From Lama glama (Eukaryota), in contig CM052818.1 of assembly GCA_028534125.1 (NCBI GenBank), positions 32,242,001 to 32,306,000 on the forward strand: a DNA stretch of 64,000 bases. Direction: 5' to 3'. The notes under the pieces were generated by a model, which was not told where the DNA came from, did no database searches, and saw only the letters and a program-made list of their open reading frames with translations. The position numbers and the translations under genes were made by a program. Positions 50,735 through 61,760 of the stretch are shown piece by piece. Each line of letters begins with the position of its first letter. Position 1 is the first letter of the stretch.

Positions 50735-50965
50735 GTAAGTGCTGCCTACACTCACTCTGTGTCAGGGACTTTGCTAGGGGCTCTGTGAACATTATTTCTA
50801 GTCCCCTCAGTAGCAAGTTGGTTATCGCCCCACAGGTGAGGAAAGTGAAGCTAAAGAGGGTAAGTGACTTGCCTAAAATCTCGCCATTGGTAAGTACTGC
50901 AGCCAGGAACCCAAAGCAAGTCTCTCTGGCAAAAGTCTGTGATCTCCCACCTCACCATGCTGCCA
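50735..50965 (-). mobile_element. MIR SINE nested in an L2 3' end (L2 pieces ~50660-50722 and ~50970-51045)
   Basis: 'acaggtgaggaaagtgaagctaaagagggtaagtgacttgcctaa'; the L2 tail 'tagtgcctggcatagtgcttggcatacag...gctgaatgaatg' resumes afterwards. Confidence 0.8.
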
Positions 50966-51659
50966 CTGTGCTCTAGTGCCTGGCATAGTGCTTGGCATAC
51001 AGATGCTGGCTGAATGAATGGACAGAATTACTAATGAATAGATAAATAATTAAACTCTTAGGCACAAAAAGCCTAAGAATATCTACCAGCACACGGCTGT
51101 TCTTAATCCTTTTGCATTTTGCTCTCAGGCTGATTAATGCATCTTCACAGCAACCTCTCTGACTTTGCTAATTAGTTCCTTTCCTTCAATGACAATCTTA
51201 ATACATAAGAATAACTTTAATCCTAAATTTGTTAAATTAAATCGGTGAGTATTATATAGTCACAGTGTTCAGGAAGCATAGTACCAAGCTGTCTGGAATT
51301 TGCAAAAGGTCTTCCCTTTGAGTTTATTTCAGTGACAGATCATAGTAGTATTCTTCTGTGCTTTTTGATTTTTGCATAATTCATCAGTTTCACACCTTTA
51401 AGGTTGGTCATCTTTAATGCTTTATTGTTAAGAAACTCAGATCGGATATGTCGTTCACAGTATGATTGTACTTGAGTCTATTTCTTACAAATACATTGAT
51501 CTGTTAGACACTCTAAAAGTTGAATCAGTAGTTTCATTCCAAACGTGAGCCTTATTTTTGAAGTTCCACTTTTTCTTTCTCTCCTATTCTTTCTTTATTA
51601 GAATTATATTTTTATTACCCAAGTAACACATAAATTTATTCTTCTTGTGGAAATTTCTA

Positions 51660-51840
51660 TGGATACGTATTTGTGTGTGTGTGTTCGTGAGACACATGAA
51701 AAAAAGACCTGAAGAGATATATCCAAACTTAATACAGTGATTACCTGTAGGGATGGAAATGGGGAGGGAAGGAGGGATCCTGCTGGTCAAAGAGAACACT
51801 AGGCTTATCTGTAATGTTTTAACATTTTACAAGGAGAACA
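51660..51840 (+). mobile_element. Ancient L1ME-type 3' end
   Basis: 'gaagagatatatccaaacttaatacagtgattacctgtaggg...tatctgtaatgttttaacattttacaagga'. Confidence 0.6.
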
Positions 51841-52459
51841 TTTCCTCCTCCTCTTCCTTCCCTTTGCTCTCCATCATTGCAAATGTGTGAGAATGTGTAT
51901 GAGGTAAATTCAGCCCAAACCTCCTAGTGGGTCCCCTCTGTCCTGAGGAATCACTCACCCCTTCTTAATTGTTCTCTCTTGGGCAGGAGAAATGGCATAT
52001 CATTATTCTTCCCCCTGCCTTTTTCATCTACAGTGTACATTTTCTTTTAGCTTGGTCTGCTGCAGTTTATGGTAGTTTTATTGCTTAGATTATTTGCCTG
52101 TAAACACCAGCTTGATCATGAAGAAGCAGAGAGAATCAAAGAGGTACTTCTAAAGGCATATTCTGTTACCAGTAGCAAGCCGCCTCCTTGCTTGTAGATT
52201 TGAGCTGAGGCAGCCTGGGGAAGACCAGTTGAGGTGTGGCATAATCCAGGTGTTCACTTTGACCATCTTCCCAAGTGATGCTAATTGCTCCCATGTAGTT
52301 GGTTACCAAAGGATGCAGATTGTTGGTTGGGTCAGTGCAATGTGGTGGAGGAGCAAGGACTTTAGGTTTTCCTTCCTGAGACAGATCCTAGCTTCATCTC
52401 TAGCTGAAGGGTTCATAGGCAAGTCACAGTCTCTGAAAGTCAGTTTTAGTTTCTGTTTA

Positions 52460-52527
52460 TCTCCTCCTCTTCTTCGTCCTCTTTCTTCTACTTGTCCATT
52501 CCTCCTTCTCCTTCTCCTCCTCCTTCT
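52460..52527. repeat. Degenerate (CCT/CTT)n trinucleotide tract
   Basis: Visible directly; it produces the spurious poly-L and poly-R ORFs. Confidence 0.8.
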
Positions 52528-55519
52528 AGAATTAAATGATATGACATCAAAGAACATAGTTTCATGAATGCTGGGACATAGACATATTCTGTGATTGACT
52601 GCCAGATTTATTTCCCTGGGCTAAGACAGGGGGGAAAAAAAACTCTTTCTCCTTTTTCTGGCACTAATGTGCCCTTCATTTCTTCTAAAAATATGGGGAG
52701 CAGTCCTCACCAATGCCCATCTCCCCTAGCATTGTTGGTGACACTGACAGGTAAGAGCCCTTAGACTAAACGGGATTTGCAGAAAAACTAAACAAATAAA
52801 GTACCAAGTGCTGTTCTGATTGAGGTTTGAAGTTGTCGTAGACCCAGGCACAACTTCTGAAGCAGTTCCTGAAAAGGCTTTTAAGATGAAAGACTTCCAG
52901 TATCTGCAGGAGGAGTAAGGCTTGGGACCCTTGAGGAACAATAACCCCAGGCCATGCCAAATGTTTCCATCCTTTAGATGGGGGCGCTGAGGAAGAAACC
53001 GCAGCTGGCAGGAGATGTCACTGGCGTTTCTTATTTCCATTTGATAAGCTTGGGGTGAAAGATATCTAACAAGTCTCAAAAAGAAAAAAACCTAAATAAA
53101 AACTTCTTAAGCAGCACATTGCTTTCATCAAACATTTTCTCAGAAAGTAAGTGTTAGGGAAGCTGGAAAAGGGAGAGGTGAGTGTCACATTCAACTGGCA
53201 CCTCGGAAAACACCCAAACCTACTAATGCTGAGGTACTTCTCATCATCTGTGGTGAGAGGCCTGGGACCAGAGAGGCCTCCCATAGAAGCAGGGATGAGG
53301 TTTTCTCTGAGTGAGCAGATCCCACCGGTTTGGGGCCTGCAAGGGCCTTCTAAAGGCTGTCCCTATGCAAATAAGGACTGTGTTTTCTATTAGTAAGAAA
53401 GTAACCTTCCTAGATTTCACCTGATTCTGCTGGATACCTTTCGGTTCTTCTGAAGAAGACTTGGCTATCATTAAAGTCAGCCTTTTACTTCTGCAATCCT
53501 GGCCTAGAGGGACTGAGTCACACCTACCCTACCTCCAGGCTCTTAAGAGACTCCCACGTTTCAGTCTCAAGACTCTCATTCCTTGACCTCTCCTCATAGA
53601 CAAAGCCCAAGGAGCCTCAGTGTGGAGGCCTTATTGTAATGAAGTTGTCTGGGAAAATTCCAGAATGAAGTTCACCTCAAAGCTAATCCTAAGCATTCTT
53701 AAAAATTAAGGAAAAAAGAAGTTGACTATACAATGAGTTGCTTTTCTAGAATTTCTAGCAGACAAAGGCTCTTCCTCAAGATATGACAGAGAGGTATTTA
53801 TTCAGTAGAGCTTATGATTTGAAGGCTGGGGCTTTACTGGGAGATCCGAAAATAAGGGCTCTTCTTTTCTCCCACTGTGGCTGTGATCTGGGCAGAGGTT
53901 ACTCAAGAGATACCTGACCAAGGCCTGGCACTTAGGATTCTCCTGCCTAATCAGATGCTCTGGCTTTCTGAGACATAGGAAGCAGCCAGGCTGAGCATGA
54001 AACAGTAAACTAGGGGTCAAGACCCACACCTCTAGTCCGGTGTTCATCTGGTGGGGTCAGAGAGCCCCATCACCCTCTCACAGATTGTTAGAGGGAGAAG
54101 GGACCTTAGAAATATTGTCCACCACCTTTGCTTTTAAAGGAAACAGGCCCAGGGAGATCAGATGACCTTCCAAATGCCTCCTCTCCCAGGATGTCCCTCA
54201 GGGGTCTTGTTTATCTCAATATTCTCAGCTAACAGCGAGATTCCAGACATACGACAGGTGCTCAACTAATGCTGAATGAACAAATGTACACTGTGCTGGT
54301 GACTCAGTGGTAGAGCTGAAATTAGCACACAAGACTCTCTTTCCTCCCCCATCACTCATCAAGTCAGCACTGAGCACTACTTAATCAGCATGTTCAAGCT
54401 CAGTTATTTGGAGCCAAAAGCAGAGTCACAAAAGGTGGCCTCCCACCTGCACTCAGTCTAGATAGCTTTTCCTCTCATGGCTCTGTTGACCCCTGGATTG
54501 AGGGGCTGCAGCGTGCGGTACCAGCAGAGGATTTCCACTGACTTAGGGAATAAGTGGAGCCAGTTTCCCCTTTGGATACCAGGGTGGATGGAAACAACAG
54601 TGCTGTTCTGCCACAGCCATCCTGGGCTGAACGTGGACTAACAGTGTGGAGACAAAAGGGGTCCAGAGCCATTGGCAACCCCCTTGGCCATTGTTTTCTG
54701 TGACAAGTTCTATGATGGAGGAGGGCATGCAGCCTCAGGATGGCTTCTGCTGCTGTTCTGGGCTTGTAATTGCAAAGCAGAGGGCGCAAGTTTGTCCATG
54801 TAAAAGTAAGATCTGGCCAGCATTTCATTTCTGCAGACTTCTTAAATAACAGGCTGCGGGGCTGGCATTTCTCCTCTCTGGTTATTATGTTTCTTTTTGC
54901 AAAGCAAGACATTCCCGTGAAGGGCGCTGAGACCATAAGGCAGGTCATAAAGGGTGACAAAGCAGAAAGAGAGTCGCCTGCAGTCCCCTCTGCTGGCGAT
55001 TCACTCTGCCTGGTTATTCATCCGCACAGAGGAGTCGCGGGCCTCACTCTTAAATGGCTTCATTCATGATGATTGACTTCAGAGATTTGCATGTGCCTTT
55101 TGCAGAATGTTAAGCAGGAAAGGATTTTTCCTTCCTTTGAACCAGCTATGTCAGGGAGCTCTGGTTTCACAGGCCTGGAATGGGAGGCTGGAAGGAAAAA
55201 AATCCGTCCTTGATAGGAATGTGCTCCTCACGTGACAATAAGCAACTGAATTAATATGGTAATGAGCCTGGCAGCTGCTCCATTGGGGGAAATGGATGCC
55301 TCTGGGCACTTGAGTATTTTTCTAATCAATCCTAAGCAGCATCTAAAATCTTCAAATACCAGTAAAAGTTTGTTTTATTAACATACCTTCACTTCTGTCT
55401 ACTGACTACCATTGGCTCTATATGACAGAGACTGGGGAAGATCTGAACTTAAACATTGTTCTTTAGAAATACACTGTCAGCTTGCTTGCAGTATTACTTA
55501 CAGTATTGCTATGATGCTT

Positions 55520-56195
55520 TGGAGACCTTTCCAGTGTGGCCCCATCTTTCTAGTCAAACTGTCACCACCCCTGGTTCAAGCCTTATCCTCTGATGCTACC
55601 CTTGCATTAGTTTCCCAGCATGGATCCGTCTCCACTTTTCCCAGTCCCCTTATCCCAAATATCTTCATTGTTGCTAATTCCAAGACATTTTTCTCACAGA
55701 CCACTTTACTTATACAACTTCCCTGATGATACTAAACCTTCATAAGCTCCCCCAGTGACTCCCAAACAAAACCCACTCCTTTGTAGAGCACGTAAGTTCT
55801 TTTGCTTTGTATCTTATTAATCCTCTACACTTTCCACTCCAAGCAAGCAAATTCACTCCTCATTTTTAACCAATTCTCACACCTTTCACCCTGCAATGTC
55901 TGCTTATGATTGATCTTCCACCTGGAAGGCCCTCACCTCCCATCTCTACCTGTCACTTTCCAGCTCATGCCCTAGAATCAGGAAATCTTCATTGGTAACT
56001 CCTGTTACTGAACTCCTTGCATTATAAATGTATGAGTAAATATCTTGTCCTTCCCACTAGACTATAGGGTTATGGAGAGCAGGGACCACATATTTTTTTA
56101 TATTTCATTTCTACCCTGTCCCCTCACCTATACTAGCCCACTGCTTTGCATGTCGCATACACTTAAATAATTTTTAAATGATGAATGAATATAAA
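55520..56195 (+). mobile_element. L2 LINE 3' region
   Basis: 'caccaccccctggttcaagcc...ttccacctggaaggccctc...cttcccactagactat...gagagcagggacca...aatgatgaatgaat'. Confidence 0.8.
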
Positions 56196-58134
56196 ATGAA
56201 CGGGTAATCAACAAATTAATTAGTTAGTTAGTTAATACTAGACAGACCTTCCCTTAACCTCTAATCTCTATTTTGCTTTGTCACCCAAAGCAAAGAAACT
56301 CACCTCTTAGTAATATGATTTGAAAAGCAAGGTAATAAAATATCTGTTACTAATTATGCTTTTTTTCCTCTGAAATCTTTGGTTGAAAAAATGCTTTAAG
56401 AGGAGCTAAAGGCTAGGTTTTCTGGTCCTAGAAATCCCCAAGGCGTGCTAAACTGCAGAGATTGGGAAACATCAGGAACTAGAGCAACCAGAGCACACAG
56501 AGGCTGCTGCTTTCTGGTCTAGGTGAATATTTTTTAACTGCAGAGTTAATTCAGGCCTCAAAGGTCATGAACTGGGAAATCTAGCTGTATCTGGTTTTAC
56601 TCAAATTAAGGATTAACTGAATCCAGCCAGTAAAAGCAAACCACTTTTTGTGGGTTGTTGAGTATAGGGTAAGAGAAGGAAACCAGGAAGCATGAACTTA
56701 CAGGGGTGCCCTGCCTCAGGGTTGTGAGCTTAGAGGTCTCTTCTGTTGATTTTCACAAACAGAATTACAGCCATACTTGTGGCAAATAAATACATAAAAT
56801 AAACATGTCCTGAAGCATACAGTTAAAAGCCCAGCTACTAGGGTAAGTGCACTCTCAATATGAAGCGTGGTGTTAGGCTGGATTCCAATGCATGAGACCA
56901 TCATACTTAGCAGCTGCAAGCACAGAACACAGAAGTTCCATTCCTTATGCAAGTGGGACAGCACTGGGGAGGAATCTCCCTTCCCGGTGTCATATCTGGG
57001 CTTACCTGGGTTGGAAATTGTCTAGTTGGTGATCACAGGTGTAGGCTAGAGGCTGTTAAATAAGGAAAAAAGCAGCTTACCTTGGAATGAATAAACTCTC
57101 ACTAGCTATGTAGTCTTGGACAGATCACTTCCTTCCCCGTCAGTCTCTTTGATGAGAGAAGGGATTAAAACAAAGGATCTTTCCTTTCAACCCTAGGGTC
57201 TCTCTTTTGGATGAAATTCTATGAGTCTGTGAATATTTGTTCTTTGTACAATCTATAGGACTATCACTTTGAAGTATAAGTTTGCCTCTTGAGATATCCC
57301 AAGAACAGATTCAGAAATTTTGAGGGAAAGAAAGTGTTTCAAAAGTTGATTCACAAAGCATAGGAAAGATGCGAACATTGATTGACCTGATAGAACATAT
57401 TAAATGCCCCAAACATCTGTAAGACAGGAGTAATTCTTGTCTTACGAACAAATATTTATTGACTGCATACTACAAGGCAGGTACTGAGTCAGATACTGGA
57501 GGTGCATTGTGGAGATTATAATCTAATTCCATTTTACATTTGACTTTTAGAGAGGTTAAGTCATTGACACAAGGGGGATGAAATCAGAATTTGAACCCTC
57601 ATCCCTCTGCTGCAGTATAGCATATTGTATCCTGGGAATTGAGACAAAAGGGCCAAAAGGAGCTGTGCCTGGAGCCTGAGACTGAATCTGATGTCTTGAT
57701 AGCTTTCCTCGTGGAGCCACCAAAGTGAGGTTTGTGCTTCCTGACAAATTGGTATGTAGCATTGGTATGTAGATATTCAGGCACCTGGCAGGGACTGCGA
57801 AGACCCATAGAGCTGGTTTTGTACCCTCCCACCTTGCCACTTCTGACCTGCAGCCTTCGGGCCACAACACAGTGGTTCTGAGTGGGGAGCCTGCTCATTC
57901 CAAACCCAATGGATTGAAGCAGTGCTGCACCATCCTAAGGTCACTCCTTGCTCATTGTCTCTTGTAGAGATGCAGGGTGGAGATCTGAAGGATCCAAGGG
58001 ACCAGGGAGGGGGCTGGGAGAGGCTAATGACTGAGTTTAGATTCCATCTTATGCTGAAAAGATGAAAAGAGTTTTTGATAAAAGTGTGCCAGGTTAGGTA
58101 ACCAAATAGAGCTTCAGCAGAAGAAACTAGATTA

Positions 58135-58290
58135 GGGATAAAGAATGTGCTTTGGGGGCAGAGTGGAAAGATAATGGATTTGAATGCCAGCTCAGGGTAC
58201 TAACCATGTGCTTTGAGTTGCTAGGCATCAGTGTCTTCATCAACTGAATGGGGATAATAACACTTCCTTTGGAAGGTTGTAAAGATAATT
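58135..58290 (+). mobile_element. MIR SINE
   Basis: 'ggatttgaatgccagctc...catcagtgtcttcatcaactgaatggggataataacac'. Confidence 0.7.
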
Positions 58291-58464
58291 GCCAACAAGA
58301 GTCTAGCTTACAGTAAAAGGTACCTGATATTATTTTGCAGTATTTATATTGTATTATCCCTCATGACTCAGGCAAGATTTCAGACCCAGCATGTTAGCAC
58401 CATAGCATTCTGGATAGTCACTTGTTAATGAGGGAACAAGAAGCTTTGTGAACAGAAACACAAT

Positions 58465-58572
58465 TGTGTTTTATGTGTACGTATATGTGTGCAAGGTGTG
58501 TGTCTGCATATATGTGCACATGTGAATGTGCACATAAATCTTGTGGATGTGTAGGTGTGTGCATGTCCGTGA
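58465..58572. repeat. Degenerate (TG)n tract
   Basis: Visible directly. Confidence 0.8.
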
Positions 58573-60476
58573 GCCTAGAGCCACACCTCTATGTGACATT
58601 CCTTGAAGTGACTGGGAGTTTCGGTAACCTCCCTTTTCATGCAGCCTGCCTTGAATGTGGCAGTTTGAGAATCCCAATTATAGATTCTTGTCTCAAAACA
58701 TCCTGGAAAATATAAAGACAAGCCTCACAAACATTGTCTCATTAGTTCAGTAAAACCTTACTAATTTACCCTAATTGTGCGGAAGGATCGTTTGCATGCG
58801 GGAAATGTCTGAAAAGGGCCTGCTTTAATAAATAGACAGGACTTGTTTGTAATTAGTGGTGCCACTCACACACAAACAATCAATGTGCTCAGTCCTTAAA
58901 AACACTTTGTTCTCGTAAGTGGGTTGCACATTCCCACTGTCATCTTGAAGCTGCTAATGCAAGAGGTGACCTGGAAGCAAAGGTCTTTTATTTTCCTTCT
59001 CATTTCCAAGTAAACAGTGGTCTAACAGGTGGCCGAAGGAACTGAACTAGGGCCTACTTGCAGGGAGAGCCGAAGACAAAATGGCAAAGCTTGAGAGTTC
59101 CAGCAAGAGTCAGGTCTCAAAAGACCTAAATTCTAATTCCAGCTCAGTCCTCAGACTGTCTAGTTACTTTATATCTCTGGGTCTGTTTCTCATCTCTCAT
59201 TAATAAGTTTCCCTTAGTACTTTCCAGTGCTGTTAAATCATAGCATTTCAGGGCTGTAAGTGATCCTAGAGGTCATCTGATTCAAACCCTTGACTTGCTT
59301 GTGAAAACAGAAAGGGATTCTTCTTATACTATGCTTTTATGAAGGTTCCTGAACTACAAATGATGAAGGTTGAATATATGTTTAATGATATATGTGATGA
59401 GGTAAAGTCTTAGGCAGGAGGGTGGGATGGAAAGAACTTGACTCAGGTCAAAGTCCAAGCAGAGAGCAGATGAGCAGCCAACAGGGCACACAGAGAATGG
59501 GCAACCAGAGAGGCCAGAAATGGGCAATGGAGTAGAGAAATGGGCAGGAGAATCCAGAGTTCAGTGAGCAAAATAGGTCACCAATAAAGCAGGCAGGTAG
59601 GTGGGACACCCCCTAGGAATCAAGGACCCAGAGAGATGTCTTGGCAGAGAAAAGCAAAAGGCAGCAAAAATCTTAGGCCAAACCCCAAAACACCAAAAAA
59701 GAGAATGAGGATTGATGGGGAGCCGTTGGCCCTGCCAGTGGTGGTAGTTTCAAGGCTGAAGATCCAAAGGCATCTTCTCTGATTGAAGGAGATCAGGAAG
59801 CCCTGGGCTTGTGAGTTGTTTCCCATCCTCTGGAGACATGTAGAATAATGGATGGAAGGACTGGCTGATTGACTGAAGGGAGCTCCATGTGGTAGAGGAC
59901 CACCAGGTAGAAATGATTCAAAGCAGCAGGAAATGCAGTGCTGATGGCGCAGGTGAGCCATCAGATCCGAGCTGGAACTGAAGATCGGAAAGTCATCTGC
60001 ACAGAAAGCAGCACTGAACCTATGAGAATGGGTAACTCTCTGCAGACAGCAGAGAGAGAAAGAAAAAATCAAAGATGATCCTAGAGAACACCCTTATTCT
60101 GGCCAGACAAACAAATTGAAAGGTGACCTGTCCTCTTACCTTACTAGAGGCTAGTAGTGAAGTATATACTTAAGACAGGTGGGGAAAAGGACAAGTGGCA
60201 TTTTAGAGGACCAAGAGTAAATATGGGCTTTCCTCCTTGTGTTACATGTTACCAGGTCCACCTATCTGCACCTCTTCTTCACTTACATTACTGTTCACTG
60301 ATGAGATGGCATCTCCTTTGTCTTCAGAATGCAAACAACAACTAAATGAGTCCCTGGTTTTCTTTTCCTTTAGAGAGATGTGGAAGCCACAAAAATAAAT
60401 CAGCCTCTCAATATAGATGTTTGTATGTTTCCTTCTCCCTGGGCAATTCCATTCCAGAGAAAATGTCAGGAAGTCC

Positions 60477-60480
<4 letters not shown>

Positions 60481-60509
<29 letters not shown>
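60481..60509. repeat. Poly-T (29 nt)
   Basis: Uninterrupted T run followed by CAG. Confidence 0.95.
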
Positions 60510-61521
60510 CAGTTTTCTAACTGAGCATTCTCAGGCTCAAAACTGATGACCTTGAGGCAGTCGGCTGGGGCAGTAATCTCAGAAAAATCTGCCTGCCTCC
60601 CAAATGCTTGTCTTCCCAGCCTGAAATTCATAGAACTAAAAATTATCTCATCTACCCATCTTCCTTTTTTTTTTAAACATGAAGAACCAGTGCAGGAGAG
60701 ATGAATGGCTCACTCAAGGTCATTAATGCATATAATGGATTAGATAATATTTCTCAAAGCAGCATATTGTATGAGCCCCTTTTAAAGTAAGAAAGGATAT
60801 TTTGAGTCCCTGTAAAACATGCTTATTCCTCCAGAGAACCCCAGACTCCAGGTTGAGAGTCTAAAGATTAGTTCAAGGTGACTGGTGGCCAGGACTTGTC
60901 CCCCAAAGAACCCAGCTGAGACGTATTATACGCTCCTCTCCCACTGGCATCCTGAGCTCCTTTTGGCTCATTGCCCTTCATGGCTCACTCCCATCCTGAG
61001 CTTCTGGCAGGTTCTATTTTTAAAAGAAAAAAGGTCTTTTCCTGAATATTTTTGCCTCCAGAAATCTTCCCAGACCCCATCCTGTAGCCTGCTCACTCTT
61101 TCTCCTTTGACTTTGGTGGTACATCTTTCTCTGCCTTTAGTCATAAGGGTCTCTGTCACTTTTTGGTTTCCAAGGCACCCCACAAGATATTGGCCTTTAT
61201 TTGGTTCACTTTCTATCTCATATTTACACTCATCCAAGGTGAGGCAGAAGACGATGGAGGAGTTTGCTAGGTTATTTGACAGCTGGGCCACCGTGACATG
61301 GCACATGAGGGAGAGAAAAGTCCATGGCTCCAGGAAGCTCTGAATGGAAAGTGGGTAGAAAAGGCTTCTGGGCCAAAGAGAGTGTTGTGGGGACTTGATC
61401 CATAGCATGTGGGAACTGGAGGGCCCTTGAGGGATCCTAGACCTAATCCCCTATGTTGCAAGTAAAGAAGAAACCAAGTCCCAGAGACTGAAAGAGACTT
61501 GCCTGGATCCATGTGGATCAG

Positions 61522-61760
61522 GAGGCAGTACAGGTAGTGGTTAAGAGCAGTGGTTTTGAAATTGGACAGACCTGGGCCCCGCTTCAAACTCCACATCTGT
61601 TACTAGCTGTGTGAACTTGAGCCAGTCACCTAACTTTCTTTAGTTTCTATGTCCTCATCATGATAGACCTACTTCATACGGTGAAGGTTGAATGAAAAAA
61701 AAATGGATAGAAGTCTGAACACACTATCCAGCACCTAATAAGAACTGAGTAAATGTTGAC
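61522..61760 (+). mobile_element. MIR SINE inserted into an oppositely oriented MIR (~61395-61520 and ~61770-61820)
   Basis: 'gaggcagtacaggtagtggttaagagc...agacctggg...actagctgtgtgaacttgagccagtcacctaac'; the flanks read 'gaaaccaagtcccagagactgaaagagacttgcc' and 'ggaattagaaactcgggcctcctga'. Confidence 0.8.

Noticed and set aside
52229..52567. Poly-Leu / poly-Arg ORFs
   Set aside because: Produced by a (CCT/CTT)n tract and a MIR; no protein-like context.
54475..54960. 161-aa minus-strand ORF
   Set aside because: No recognisable domain or exon structure; length attainable by chance in GC-richer DNA.
59620..61408. 146-152 aa ORFs at 59620(-), 60885(+) and 60968(-)
   Set aside because: Non-ATG starts or overlap with L2/MIR sequence; no recognisable homology.
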